64,000 nt of DNA from Eledone cirrhosa (lineage: Eukaryota): the NCBI GenBank assembly GCA_964016885.1, contig OZ024740.1, positions 17,856,001 to 17,920,000 of the forward strand, read 5' to 3'. Every line of letters starts with the position of its first letter. Position 1 is the first letter of the stretch. The notes under the pieces were generated by a model. The model did no database searches. It saw only the letters and a list, made by a program, of their open reading frames with translations, and had not been told where the DNA came from. This document shows, in pieces, positions 1-18,000 of this stretch. The translations under genes were made by a program, and so were the position numbers.

Positions 1-3000
1 GTAGTAAGACCAGAGTTCACCATACCAAGTACATACACACATGTATATATATAGAGAAGTAGTAAGACCACAGTTCACCTTACCGAGTACATACACACAC
101 ATGTATATATAGAGAAGCAGTAAGACCACAGTTCACCATACCGAGTACATACACACATGTGTATATAGAGAAGTAGTAAGACCACAGTTCACCATACCGA
201 GTACATACCCACATGCACATGTATATATATAGAGAAGTAGTAAGACCAGAGTTCACCATACCGAGTACATACACACATGTATATATATAGAGAAGTAGTA
301 AGACCACAGTTCACCATACCGAGTACATACCCACATGTATATATAGAGAAGTAGTAAGACCACAGTTCACCATACCGAGTACATACACACATGTATATAT
401 ATAGAGAAGTAGTAAGATCACAGCTCACCATACCGAGTACATACACACATGTGTATATAGAGAAGTAGTAAGACCACAGTTCACCATACCGAGTACATAC
501 CCACATGTATATATATAGAGAAGTAGTAAGACCACAGTTCACCATACCGAGTACATACACACATGTATATATAGAGAAGTAGTAAGACCACAGTTCACAA
601 TACTGAGTACATACACACATGTGTATATAGAGAAATAGTAAGACAACAGTTCACCATACCGAGTACATACACACATGTGTATATAGAGAAGTAGTAAGAC
701 CACAGTTCACCATACCGAGTACATACACACATGTATATATAGAGAAGTAGTAAGACAACAGTTCACCATACCGAGTACATACACACATGTATATATAGAG
801 AAGTAGTAACACCACAGTTCACCTTACCGAGTACATACACACATGTATATATAGAGAAGTAGTAAGACCACAGTTCACCATACCGAGTACATACACACAT
901 GTGTATATAGAGAAGTAGTAAACGACAGTTCACCATACCGAGTACATACACACATGTATATATAGAGAAGTAGTAAGACCACAGTTCACCATACCGAGTA
1001 CATACACACATGTGTATATAGAGAAGTAGTAAGACCACAGTTCACCATACCGAGTACATACACACATGTGTATATATAGAGAAGTAGTAAGACCACAGTT
1101 CACCATACCGAGTACATAAACACATGTATATATAGAGAAGTAGTAAGACAACAGTTCACCATACCGAGTACATACCCACATGTATATATAGAGAAGTAGT
1201 AAGACAACAGTTCACCATACCGAGTACATACACACATGTGTATATAGAGAAGTAGTAAGACAATAGTTCACCATACCGAGTACATACACACATGTGTATA
1301 TAGAGAAGTAGTAAGACCACAGTTCACTATACAGAGTACATACACACATGTATATATAGAGAAGTAGTAAGACAACAGTTCACCATACCGAGTACATACA
1401 CACATGTATATATAGAGAAGTAGTAAGACCACAGTTCACCATACCGAGTACATACCCACATGTATATATAGAGAAGTAGTAAGACCACAGTTCACCATAC
1501 CGAGTACATACACACATGTATATATATAGAGAAGTAGTAAGATCACAGTTCACCATACCGAGTACATACACACATGTGTATATAGAGAAGTAGTAAGACC
1601 ACAGTTCACCATACCGAGTACATACCCACATGTATATATATAGAGAAGTAGTAAGACCACAGTTCACCATACCGAGTACATACACACATGTATATATAGA
1701 GAAGTAGTAAGACCACAGTTCACAATACTGAGTACATACACACATGTGTATATAGAGAAATAGTAAGACAACAGTTCACCATACCGAGTACATACACACA
1801 TGTGTATATAGAGAAGTAGTAAGACCACAGTTCACCATACCGAGTACATACACACATGTATATATAGAGAAGTAGTAAGACAACAGTTCACCATACCGAG
1901 TACATACACACATGTATATATAGAGAAGTAGTAAAACCACAGTTCACCTTACCGAGTACATACACACATGTATATATAGAGAAGTAGTAAGACCACAGTT
2001 CACCATACCGAGTACATACACACATGTGTATATAGAGAAATAGTAAACGACAGTTCACCATACCGAGTACATACACACATGTATATATAGAGAAGTAGTA
2101 AGACCACAGTTCACCATACCGAGTACATACACACATGTGTATATAGAGAAGTAGTAAGACCACAGTTCACCATACCGAGTACATACACACATGTATATAT
2201 AGAGAAGTAGTAAGACCACAGTTCACCATACCGAGTACATACACACATGTGTATATAGAGAAGTAGTAAGACCACAGTTCACCATACCGAGTACATACAC
2301 ACATGTGTATATATAGAGAAGTAGTAAGATCACAGTTCACCATACCGAGTACATACACACATGTATATATAGAGAAGTAGTAAGACCACAGTTCACCATA
2401 CCGAGTACTTACACACATGTGTATATAGAGAAGTAGTAAGACCACAGTTCACCATACCGAGTACATACACACACATGTATATATAGAGAAGTAGTAAGAC
2501 CACAGTTCACCATACCGAGTACACACACACATGTATATATAGAGAAGTAGTAAGACCACAGTTCACCATACGGAGTACATACACACATGTATATATATAG
2601 AGAAGTAGTAAGACCACAGTTCACCATACCGAGTACATACACACATGTATATATAGAGAAGTAGTAAGATCACAGTTCACCATACCGAGTACATACCCAC
2701 ATGTGTATATATAGAGAAATAGTAAGACCACAGTTGACCATACCGAGTACATACCCACATGTATATATAGAGAAGTAGTAAGACAACAGTTCACCATACC
2801 GAGTACATACACACATGTATATATAGAGAAGTAGTAAGACCACAGTTCACCATACCAAGTACATACACACATGTATATATATAGAGAAGTAGTAAGACCA
2901 CAGTTCACCATACCGAGTACATACACACATGTATATATAGAGAAGTAGTAAGACCACAGTTCAACTTACCGAGTACATACACACATGTATATATAGAGAA

Positions 3001-6000
3001 GTAGTAAGACCACAGTTCATCATACCGAGTACATACACACATGTGTATATAGAGAAGTAGTAAGACCACAGTTCACCATACCGAGTACATACACACATGT
3101 GTATATAGAGAAGTAGTAAGACCACAGTTCACCATACCGAGTACATACACACATGTATATATATAGAGAAGTAGTAAGACCACAGTTCACTATACCGAGT
3201 ACATACACACATGTATATATAGAGAAGTAGTAAGACCACAGTTCACCATACCGAGTACATACACACATGTATATATAGAGAAGTAGTAAGACCACAGTTC
3301 ACCATACCGAGTACATACACACATGTATATATAGAGAAGTAGTAAGACCACAGTTCACCATACCGAGTACATACACACATGTGTATATAGAGAAGTAGTA
3401 AGACCACAGTTCACCATACCGAGTACATACCCACATGTGTATATAGAGAAGTAGTAAGACCACAGTTCAGCATACCGAGTATATACACACATGTGTATAT
3501 AGAGAAGTAGTAAGACCACAGTTCACCATACCGAGTACATACCCACATGTGTATATAGAGAAGTAGTAACACCACAGTTCACCATACCGAGTACACACAC
3601 ACATGTATATATAGAGAAGTAGTAAGACCACAGTTCACCATACCGAGTACATACACACATGTATATATAGAGAAGTAGTAAGACCACAGTTCACCATACC
3701 GAGTACATACCCACATGTGTATATATAGAGAAGTAGTAAGACCATAGTTCACCATACCGAGTACATACCCACATGTATATATAGAGAAGTAGTAAGACCA
3801 CAGTTCACCATATCGAGTACATACACACATGTATATATAGAGAAGCAGTAAGACCACAGTTCACCATACCGAGTACATACACACATGTGTATATATAGAG
3901 AAGTAGTAAGACCACAGTTCACCATACCGAGTACATACACACATGTATATATAGAGAAGTAGTTAGACCACAGTTCACCATACCGAGTACATACACACAT
4001 GTGTATATAGAGAAGTAGTAAGACCACAGTTCACCATACCGAGTACATACACACATGTGTATATATAGAGAAGTAGTAAGACCACAGTTCACCATACCGA
4101 GTACATACACACATGTATATATATAGAGAAGTAGTAAGACCAGAGTTCACCATACCAAGTACATACACACATGTATATATATAGAGAAGTAGTAAGACCA
4201 CAGTTCACCTTACCGAGTACATACACACACATGTATATATAGAGAAGCAGTAAGACCACAGTTCACCATACCGAGTACATACACACATGTGTATATAGAG
4301 AAGTAGTAAGACCACAGTTCACCATACCGAGTACATACCCACATGTATATATATAGAGAAGTAGTAAGACCAGAGTTCACCATACCGAGTACATACACAC
4401 ATGTATATATATAGAGAAGTAGTAAGACCACAGTTCACCATACCGAGTACATAGCCACATGTATATATAGAGAAGTAGTAAGACCACAGTTCACCATACC
4501 GAGTACATACACACATGTATATATATAGAGAAGTAGTAAGATCACAGCTCACCATACCGAGTACATACACACATGTGTATATAGAGAAGTAGTAAGACCA
4601 CAGTTCACCATACCGAGTACATACCCACATGTATATATATAGAGAAGTAGTAAGACCACAGTTCACCATACCGAGTACATACACGCATGTATATATAGAG
4701 AAGTAGTAAGACCACAGTTCACAATACTGAGTACATACACACATGTGTATATAGAGAAATAGTAAGACAACAGTTCACCATACTGAGTACATACACACAT
4801 GTGTATATAGAGAAGTAGTAAGACCACAGTTCACCATACCGAGTACATACACACATGTATATATAGAGAAGTAGTAAGACAACAGTTCACCATACCGAGT
4901 ACATACACACATGTATATATAGAGAAGTAGTAAGACCACAGTTCACCTTACCGAGTACATACACACATGTATATATAGAGAAGTAGTAAGACCACAGTTC
5001 ACCATACCGAGTACATACACACATGTGTATATAGAGAAGTAGTAAACGACAGTTCACCATACCGAGTACATACACACATGTATATATAGAGAAGTAGTAA
5101 GACAACAGTTCACCATACCGAGTACATACACACATGTGTATATAGAGAAGTAGTAAGACAACAGTTCACCATACCGAGTACATACACACATGTGTATATA
5201 GAGAAGTAGTAAGACCACAGTTCACTATACCGAGTACATACACACATGTATATATAGAGAAGTAGTAAGACAACAGTTCACCATACCGAGTACATACACA
5301 CATGTATATATAGAGAAGTAGTAAGACCACAGTTCACCATACCGAGTACATACCCACTTGTATATATAGAGAAGTAGTAAGACCACAGTTCACCATACCG
5401 AGTACATACACACATGTATATATATAGAGAAGTAGTAAGATCACAGTTCACCATACCGAGTACATACACACATGTGTATATAGAGAAGTAGTAAGACCAC
5501 AGTTCACCATACCGAGTACATACCCACATGTATATATATAGAGAAGTAGTAAGACCACAGTTCACCATACCGAGTACATACACACATGTATATATAGAGA
5601 AGTAGTAAGACCACAGTTCACAATACCGAGTACATACACACATGTGTATATAGAGAAGTAGTAAGACCACAGTTCACCATACCGAGTACATACACACATG
5701 TATATATAGAGAAGTAGTAAGACAACAGTTCACCATACCGAGTACATACACACATGTATATATAGAGAAGTAGTAAGACCACAGTTCACCTTACCGAGTA
5801 CATACACACATGTATATATAGAGAAGTAGTAAGACCACAGTTCACCATACCGAGTACATACACACATGTGTATATAGAGAAGTAGTAAACGACAGTTCAC
5901 CATACCGAGTACATACACACATGTATATATAGAGAAGTAGTAAGACCACAGTTCACCATACCGAGTACATACACACATGTGTATATAGAGAAGTAGTAAG

Positions 6001-9000
6001 ACCACAGTTCACCATACCGAGTACATACACACATGTGTATATATAGAGAAGTAGTAAGACCACAGTTCACCATACCGAGTACATACCCACATGTGTATAT
6101 AGAGAAGTAGTAAGACCACAGTTCACCATACCGAGTACATGCCCACATGTGTATATAGAGAAGTAGTAAGACCACAGTTCACCATACCGAGTACATACAC
6201 GCATGTATATATATAGAGAAGTAGTAAGACCACAGTTCACCATACCGAGTACATACACACATGTATATATAGAGAAGTAGTAAGACCACAGTTCACCATA
6301 CCGAGTACATACACACATGTGTATATAGAGAAGTAGAAAGACCACAGTTCACCATACCGATTACATACACACGTTTATATAGAGGAGTAGTAAGACCACA
6401 GTTCACCATACCGATTACATACACACATGTGTATATAGAGAAGTAGTAAGACCACAGTTCACCATACCGAGTACATACACACATGTATATATATAGAGAA
6501 GTAGTAAGATCACAGTTCACCATACCGAGTACATACACACATGTATATATAGAGAAGTAGTAAGATCACAGTTCACCATACCGAGTACATACACACATGT
6601 ATATATAGAGAAGTAGTAAGACCACAGTTCACCATACCGAGTACTTACACACATGTGTATATAGAGAAGTAGTAAGACCACAGTTCACCATACCGAGTAC
6701 ATACACACACATGTATATATAGAGAAGTAGTAAGTCCACAGTTCACCATACCGAGTACACACACACATGTATATATAGAGAAGTAGTAAGACCACAGTTC
6801 ACCATACGGAGTACATACACACATGTATATATATAGAGAAGTAGTAAGACCACAGTTCACCATACCGAGTACATACACACATGTATATATAGAGAAGTAG
6901 TAAGATCACAGTTCACCATACCGAGTACATACCCACATGTGTATATATAGAGAAATAGTAAGACCACAGTTGACCATACCGAGTACATACCCACATGTAT
7001 ATATAGAGAAGTAGTAAGACAACAGTTCACCATACCGAGTACATACACACATGTATATATAGAGAAGTAGTAAGACCACAGTTCACCATACCAAGTACAT
7101 ACACACATGTATATATATAGAGAAGTAGTAAGACCACAGTTCACCATACCGAGTACATACACACATGTATATATAGAGAAGTAGTAAGACCACAGTTCAA
7201 CTTACCGAGTACATACACACATGTATATATAGAGAAGTAGTAAGACCACAGTTCATCATACCGAGTACATACACACATGTGTATATAGAGAAGTAGTAAG
7301 ACCACAGTTCACCATACCGAGTACATACACACATGTGTATATAGAGAAGTAGTAAGACCACAGTTCACCATACCGAGTACATACACACATGTATATATAT
7401 AGAGAAGTAGTAAGACCACAGTTCACTATACCGAGTACATACACACATGTATATATAGAGAAGTAGTAAGACCACAGTTCACCATACCGAGTACATACAG
7501 ACATGTATATATAGAGAAGTAGTAAGACCACAGTTCACCATACCGAGTACATACACACATGTATATATAGAGAAGTAGTAAGACCACAGTTCACCATACC
7601 GAGTACATACACACATGTGTATATAGAGAAGTAGTAAGACCACAGTTCACCATACCGAGTACATACCCACATGTGTATATAGAGAAGTAGTAAGACCACA
7701 GTTCAGCATACCGAGTACATACACACATGTGTATATAGAGAAGTAGTAAGACCACAGTTCACCATACCGAGTACATACCCACATGTGTATATAGAGAAGT
7801 AGTAACACCACAGTTCACCATACCGAGTACACACACACATGTATATATAGAGAAGTAGCAAGACCACAGTTCACCATACCGAGTACATACACACATGTAT
7901 ATATAGAGAAGTAGTAAGACCACAGTTCACCATACCGAGTACATACCCACATGTGTATATATAGAGAAGTAGTAAGACCATAGTTCACCATACCGAGTAC
8001 ATACCCACATGTATATATAGAGAAGTAGTAAGACCACAGTTCACCATATCGAGTACATACACACATGTATATATAGAGAAGCAGTAAGACCACAGTTCAC
8101 CATACCGAGTATATACACACATGTGTATATATAGAGAAGTAGTAAGACCACAGTTCACCATACCGAGTACATACACACATGTATATATAGAGAAGTAGTT
8201 AGACCACAGTTCACCATACCGAGTACATACACACATGTGTATATAGAGAAGTAGTAAGACCACAGTTCACCATACCGAGTACATACACACATGTGTATAT
8301 ATAGAGAAGTAGTAAGACCACAGTTCACCATACCGAGTACATACACACATGTATATATATAGAGAAGTAGTAAGACCAGAGTTCACCATACCAAGTACAT
8401 ACACACATGTATATATATAGAGAAGTAGTAAGACCACAGTTCACCTTACCGAGTACATACACACACATGTATATATAGAGAAGCAGTAAGACCACAGTTC
8501 ACCATACCGAGTACATACACACATGTGTATATAGAGAAGTAGTAAGACCACAGTTCACCATACCGAGTACATACCCACATGCACATGTATATATATAGAG
8601 AAGTAGTAAGACCAGAGTTCACCATACCGAGTACATACACACATGTATATATATAGAGAAGTAGTAAGACCACAGTTCACCATACCGAGTACATACCCAC
8701 ATGTATATATAGAGAAGTAGTAAGACCACAGTTCACCATACCGAGTACATACACACATGTATATATATAGAGAAGTAGTAAGATCACAGCTCACCATACC
8801 GAGTACATACACACATGTGTATATAGAGAAGTAGTAAGACCACAGTTCACCATACCGAGTACATACCCACATGTATATATATAGAGAAGTAGTAAGACCA
8901 CAGTTCACCATACCGAGTACATACACACATGTATATATAGAGAAGTAGTAAGACCACAGTTCACAATACTGAGTACATACACACATGTGTATATAGAGAA

Positions 9001-12000
9001 ATAGTAAGACAACAGTTCACCATACCGAGTACATACACACATGTGTATATAGAGAAGTAGTAAGACCACAGTTCACCATACCGAGTACATACACACATGT
9101 ATATATAGAGAAGTAGTAAGACAACAGTTCACCATACCGAGTACATACACACATGTATATATAGAGAAGTAGTAACACCACAGTTCACCTTACCGAGTAC
9201 ATACACACATGTATATATAGAGAAGTAGTAAGACCACAGTTCACCATACCGAGTACATACACACATGTGTATATAGAGAAGTAGTAAACGACAGTTCACC
9301 ATACCGAGTACATACACACATGTATATATAGAGAAGTAGTAAGACCACAGTTCACCATACCGAGTACATACACACATGTGTATATAGAGAAGTAGTAAGA
9401 CCACAGTTCACCATACCGAGTACATACACACATGTGTATATATAGAGAAGTAGTAAGACCACAGTTCACCATACCGAGTACATAAACACATGTATATATA
9501 GAGAAGTAGTAAGACAACAGTTCACCATACCGAGTACATACCCACATGTATATATAGAGAAGTAGTAAGACAACAGTTCACCATACCGAGTACATACACA
9601 CATGTGTATATAGAGAAGTAGTAAGACAACAGTTCACCATACCGAGTACATACACACATGTGTATATAGAGAAGTAGTAAGACCACAGTTCACTATACCG
9701 AGTACATACACACATGTATATATAGAGAAGTAGTAAGACAACAGTTCACCATACCGAGTACATACACACATGTATATATAGAGAAGTAGTAAGACCACAG
9801 TTCACCATACCGAGTACATACCCACATGTATATATAGAGAAGTAGTAAGACCACAGTTCACCATACCGAGTACATACACACATGTATATATATAGAGAAG
9901 TAGTAAGATCACAGTTCACCATACCGAGTACATACACACATGTGTATATAGAGAAGTAGTAAGACCACAGTTCACCATACCGAGTACATACCCACATGTA
10001 TATATATAGAGAAGTAGTAAGACCACAGTTCACCATACCGAGTACATACACACATGTATATATAGAGAAGTAGTAAGACCACAGTTCACAATACTGAGTA
10101 CATACACACATGTGTATATAGAGAAATAGTAAGACAACAGTTCACCATACCGAGTACATACACACATGTGTATATAGAGAAGTAGTAAGACCACAGTTCA
10201 CCATACCGAGTACATACACACATGTATATATAGAGAAGTAGTAAGACAACAGTTCACCATACCGAGTACATACACACATGTATATATAGAGAAGTAGTAA
10301 AACCACAGTTCACCTTACCGAGTACATACACACATGTATATATAGAGAAGTAGTAAGACCACAGTTCACCATACCGAGTACATACACACATGTGTATATA
10401 GAGAAATAGTAAACGACAGTTCACCATACCGAGTACATACACACATGTATATATAGAGAAGTAGTAAGACCACAGTTCACCATACCGAGTACATACACAC
10501 ATGTGTATATAGAGAAGTAGTAAGACCACAGTTCACCATACCGAGTACATACACACATGTGTATATATAGAGAAGTAGTAAGACCACAGTTCACCATACC
10601 GAGTACATAAACACATGTATATATAGAGAAGTAGTAAGACAACAGTTCACCATACCGAGTACATACCCACATGTATATATAGAGAAGTAGTAAGACAACA
10701 GTTCACCATACCGAGTACATACACACATGTATATATAGAGAAGTAGTAAGACCACAGTTCACCATACCGAGTACATACACACATGTATATATATAGAGAA
10801 GTAGTAAGACCACAGTTTACCATACCGAGTACATACACACATGTGTATATAGAGAAGTAGTAAGACCACAGTTCACTATACCGAGTACATACACACATGT
10901 ATATATAGAGAAGTAGTAAGACAACAGTTCACCATACCGAGTACATACACATATGTATATATAGAGAAGTAGTAAGACCACAGTTCACCATACCGAGTAC
11001 ATACACACATGTATATATATAGAGAAGTAGTAAGACCACAGTTCACCATACCGAGTACATACACACATGTATATATAGAGAAGTAGTAAGACCACAGTTC
11101 ACCTTACCGAGTACATACACACACATGTATATATAGAGAAGCAGTAAGACCACAGTTCACCATACCGAGTACATACACACATGTGTATATAGAGAAGTAG
11201 TAAGACCACAGTTCACCATACCGAGTACATACACACATGTGTTTATAGAGAAGTAGTAAGACATAGTTCACCATACCGAGTACATACACACATGTGTATA
11301 TGGAGAAGTAGTAAGACCGCAGTTCACCATACCGAGTACATACACACATGTATATATATAGAGAAGTAGTAAGACCACAGTTCACTATACCGAGTACATA
11401 CACACATGTATATATATAGAGAAGTAGTAAGACCACAGTTCACCATACCGAGTACATACACACATGTGTATATATAGAGAAGTAGTAAGACCAGAGTTCA
11501 CCATACCAAGTACATACACACATGTATATATATAGAGAAGTAGTAAGACCACAGTTCACCTTACCGAGTACATACACACACATGTATATATAGAGAAGCA
11601 GTAAGACCACAGTTCACCATACCGAGTACATACACACATGTGTATATAGAGAAGTAGTAAAACCACAGTTCACCATACCGAGTACATACCCACATGTATA
11701 TATATAGAGAAGTAGTAAGACCAGAGTTCACCATACCGAGTACATACACACATGTATATATATAGAGAAGTAGTAAGACCAGAGTTCACCATACCGAGTA
11801 CATACACACATGTATATATATAGAGAAGTAATAAGACCACAGTTCACCATACCGAGTACATACCCACATGTATATATAGAGAAGTAGTAAGACCACAGTT
11901 CACCATACCGAGTACATACACACATGTATATATATAGAGAAGTAGTAAGATCACAGTTCACCATACCGAGTACATACACACATGTGTATATAGAGAAGTA

Positions 12001-15000
12001 GTAAGACCACAGTTCACCATACCGAGTACATACCCACATGTATATATATAGAGAAGTAGTAAGACCAGAGTTCACCATACCGAGTACATACACACATGTA
12101 TATATAGAGAAGTAGTAAGACCACAGTTCACCATACCGAGTACATACCCACATGTATATATATAGAGAAGTAGTAAGACCAGAGTTCACCATACCGAGTA
12201 CATACACACATGTATATATAGAGAAGTAGTAAGACCACAGTTCACCATACCGAGTACATACACACGTGTATATATAGAGAAGTAGTAAGACAACAGTTCA
12301 CCATACCGAGTACATACACACATGTATATATAGAGAAGTAGTAAGACCATAGTTCACCATACCGAGTACATACACACATGTGTATATAGAGAAGTAGTAA
12401 CACAACAGTTCACCATACCGAGTACATACACACATGTGTATATAGAGAAGTAGTAAGACCACAGGTCACCATACCGAGTACATACACACATGTGTATATA
12501 TAGAGAAGTAGTAAGACAACAGTTCACCATACCGAGTACATACACACATGTATATATTGAGAAGTAGTAAGACCACAGTTCACCATACCGAGTACATACA
12601 CGCATGTATATATATAGAGAAGTAGTAAGACCACAGTTCACCATACCGAGTACATACACACATGTATATATAGAGAAGTAGTAAGACCACAGTTCACCTT
12701 ACCGAGTACATACACACATGTATATATAGAGAAGTAGTAAGACCACAGTTCACCATACCGAGTACATACACACATGTGTATATATAGAGAAGTAGTAAGA
12801 CCACAGTTCGCCATACCGAGTACATACACACATGTATATATATAGAGAAGTAGTAAGACCACAGTTCACCATACCGAGTACATACACACATGTGTATATA
12901 TAGAGAAGTAGTAAGACCACAGTTCACCATACCGAGTACATACACATGTATATATAGAGAAGTAGTAAGACCACAGTTCACCATACCGAGTACATACACA
13001 CATGTGTATATAGAGAAGTAGTAAGACCACAGTTCACCATACCGAGTACATACACACATGTGTATATATAGAGAAGTAGTAAGACCACAGTTCACCATAC
13101 CGAGTACATACACACATGTGTATATAGAGAAGTAGTAAGACCACAGTTCACCATACCGAGTACATTAACACATGTGTATATAGAGAAGTAGTAAGACCAG
13201 AGTTCACCATACCAAGTACATACACACATGTATATATATAGAGAAGTAGTAAGACCACAGTTCATCATACCGAGTACATACACACATGTGTATATATAGA
13301 GAAGTAGTAAGACCACAGTTCACCATACCGAGTACATACACACATGTGTATATAGAGAAGTACTAAGACCACAGTTCACCATACCGAGTACATACCCACA
13401 TGTGTATATAGAGAAGTAGTAAGACCACAGTTCACCATACCGAGTACATACACACATGTATATATATAGAGAAGTAGTAAGACTAGAGTTCACCATACCA
13501 AGTACATACACACATGTATATATATAGAGAAGTAGTAAAACCACAGTTCACCATACCGAGTACATACACACATATGTATATAGAGAAGTAGTAAACCACA
13601 GTTCACCATACCGAGTACATACACACATGTATATATAGTGAAGTAGTAAGACCACAGTTCACCATACCGAGTACATACACACATGTATATATATAGAGAA
13701 GTAGTAAGACCAGAGTTCACCATACCGAGTACATACACACATGTATATATATAGAGAAGTAGTAAGACCAGAGTTCACCATACCAAGTACATACACACAT
13801 GTATATATATATAGAGAAGTAGTAAAACCACAGTTCACCTTACCGAGTACATACACACACATGTATATATAGAGAAGTAGTAAGACCACAGTGCACCATA
13901 CCGAGTACATACACACATGTGTATATATAGAGAAGTAGTAAGACCACAGTTCACCATACCGAGTACATATACACATGTATATATAGAGAAGCAGTAAGAC
14001 CACAGTTCACCATACCGAGTACATACACACATGTGTATATAGAGAAGTAGTAAGACCACAGTTCACCATACCGAGTACATACCAACATGTATATATATAG
14101 AGAAGTAGTAAGACCAGAGTTCACCATACCGAGTACATACACACGTGTATATATATAGAGAAGTAGTAAGACCAGAGTTCACCATACCGAGTACATACAC
14201 ACATGTATATATAGAGAAGTAGTAAGACCACAGTTCACCATACCGAGTACATACACACGTGTATATATAGAGAAGTAGTAAGACCACAGTTCACCATACC
14301 GTGTACATACACACATGTGTATATAGAGAAGTAGTAAACGACAGTTCACCATACCGAGTACATACACACATGTATATATAGAGAAGTAGTAAGACCACAG
14401 TTCACCATACCGAGTACATACACACATGTGTATATAGAGAAATAGTAAGACAACAGTTCACCATACCGAGTACATACACACATGTGTATATAGAGAAGTA
14501 GTAAGACCACAGTTCACCATACCGAGTACATACACACATGTATATATAGAGAAGTAGTAAGACAACAGTTCACCATACCGAGTACATACACACATGTATA
14601 TATAGAGAAGTAGTAAGACCACAGTTCACCTTACCGAGTACATACACACATGTATATATAGAGAAGTAGTAAGACCACAGTTCACCATACCGAGTACATA
14701 CACACATGTGTATATAGAGAAGTAGTAAACGACAGTTCACCATACCGAGTACATACACACATGTATATATAGAGAAGTAGTAAGACCACAGTTCACCATA
14801 CCGAGTACATACACACATGTGTATATAGAGAAGTAGTAAGACCACAGTTCACCATACCGAGTACATACACACATGTGTATATATAGAGAAGTAGTAAGAC
14901 CACAGTTCACCATACCGAGTACAAACACACATGTATATATATAGAGAAGTAGTAAGACCAGAGTTCACCATACCAAGTACATACACACATGTATATATAT

Positions 15001-18000
15001 AGAGAAGTAGTAAGACTACAGTTCACCTTACCGAGTACATACACACACATGTATATATAGAGAAGTAGTAAGACCACAGTTCACCATACCGAGTACATAC
15101 ACACATGTGTATATATAGAGAAGTAGTAAGACCACAGTTCACCATACCGAGTACATACCCACATGTATATATAGAGAAGTAGTAAGACCACAGTTCACCA
15201 TACCGAGTACATACACACATGTATATATAGAGATGTAGTAAGACAACAGTTCACCATACCGAGTACATACCCACATGTATATATAGAGAAGTAGTAAGAC
15301 AACAGTTCACCATACCGAGTACATACACACATGTGTATATAGAGAAGTAGTAAGACAACAGTTCACCATACCGAGTACATACACACATGTGTATATAGAG
15401 AAGTAGTAAGACCACAGTTCACTATACCGAGTACATACACACATGTATATATAGAGAAGTAGTAAGACCACAGTTCACCATACCGAGTACATACACACAT
15501 GTATATATATAGAGAAGTAGTAAGACCACAGTTCACCATACCGAGTACATACACACATGTATATATAGAGAAGTAGTAAGACCACAGTTCACCATACTGA
15601 GTACATACACACATGTGTTTATAGAGAAGTAGTAAGACATAGTTCACCATACCGAGTACATACACACATGTGTATATAGAGAAGTAGTAAGACTGCAGTT
15701 CACCATACCGAGTACATACACACATGTATATATATAGAGAAGTAGTAAGACCACAGTTCACTATACCGAGTACATACACACACGTATATATATAGAGAAG
15801 TAGTAAGACCACAGTTCACCATACCGAGTACATACACACGTGTATATATAGAGAAGTAGTAAGACCAGAGTTCACCATACCAAGTACATACACACATGTA
15901 TATATATAGAGAAGTAGTAAGACCACAGTTCACCTTACCAAGTACATACACACACATGTATATATAGAGAAGCAGTAAGACCACAGTTCACCATACCGAG
16001 TACATACACACATGTATATATATAGAGAAGTAATAAGACCACAGTTCACCATACCGAGTACATACCCACATGTATATATAGAGAAGTAGTAAGACCACAG
16101 TTCACCATACCGAGTACATACACAAATGTATATATATAGAGAAGTAGTAAGATCACAGTTCACCATACCGAGTACATACACACATGTGTATATAGAGAAG
16201 TAGTAAGACCACAGTTCACCATACCGAGTACATACCCACATGTATATATATAGAGAAGTAGTAAGACCAGAGTTCACCATACCGAGTACATACACACATG
16301 TATATATAGAGAAGTAGTAAGACCACAGTTCACCATACCGAGTACATACCCACATGTATATATATAGAGAAGTAGTAAGACCAGAGTTCACCATACCGAG
16401 TACATACACACATGTATATATAGAGAAGTAGTAAGACCACAGTTCACCATACCGAGTACATACACACATGTGTATATATAGAGAAGTAGTAAGACCACAG
16501 TTCACCATACCGAGTACATACACACATGTATATATAGAGAAGTAGTAAGACCATAGTTCACCATACCGAGTACATACACACATGTGTATATAGAGAAGTA
16601 GTAAGACAACAGTTCACCATACCGAGTACATACACACATGTGTATATAGAGAAGTAGTAAGACCACAGTTCACCTTACCGAGTACATACACACATGTATA
16701 TATAGAGAAGTAGTAAGACCACAGTTCACCATACCGAGTACATACACACATGTGTATATAGAGAAGTAGTAAGACCACAGTTCACCATACCGAGTACATA
16801 CACACATGTATATATGTAGAGAAGTAGTAAGACCACAGTTCACTATACTGAGTACATACACACATGTATATATATAGAGAAGTAGTAAGACCACAGTTCG
16901 CCATACCGAGTACATACACACATGTATATATAGAGAAGTAGTAAGACCACAGTTCACCATACCGAGTACATACACACATGTATATATAGAGAAGCAGTAA
17001 GACCACAGTTCACCATACCGAGTACATACACACATGTGTATATAGAGAAGTACTAAGACCACAGTTCACCATACCGAGTACATACCCACATGTGTATATA
17101 GAGAAGTAGTAAGACCACAGTTCATCATACCGAGTACATACCCACATGTGTATATAGAGAAGTAGTAAGACCACAGTTCACCATACCGAGTACATACACA
17201 CATGTTTATATAGAGAAGTAGTAAGACCACAGTTCACCATACCGAGTACATACACACATGTGTATATATAGAGAAGTAGTAAGACCACAGTTCACCATAC
17301 CGAGTACATACACACATGTGTATATAGAGAAGTAGTAAGAACACAGTTAACCATACCGAGTACATACCCACATGTATATATAGAGAAGTAGTAAGACCAC
17401 AGTTCACCATACCGAGTACATACCCACATGTGTATATATAGAGAAGTAGTAAGACCACAGTTCACCATACCGAGTACATACCCACATGTATATATAGAGA
17501 AGTAGTAAGACCACAGTTCACCATACCGAGTACATACACACATGTGTATATATAGAGAAGTAGTAAGACCACAGTTCACCATACCGAGTACATACCCACA
17601 TGTATATATAGAGAAGTAGTAAGACCACAGTTCACCATACCGAGTACATACACACATGTATATATAGAGAAGCAGTAAGACCACAGTTCACCATACCGAG
17701 TACATACACACATGTGTATATATAGAGAAGTAGTAAGACCACAGTTCACCATACCGAGTACATACACACATGTATATATAGAGAAGTAGTAAGACCGCAG
17801 TTCACCATACCGAGTACATACACACATGTGTATATAGAGAAGTAGTAAGACAACAGTTCACCATACCGAGTACATACACACATGTGTATATATAGAGAAG
17901 TAGTAAGACCACAGTTCACCATACCGAGTACATACCCACATGTATATATAGAGAAGTAGTAAGACCACAGTTCACCATACCGAGTACATACACACATGTA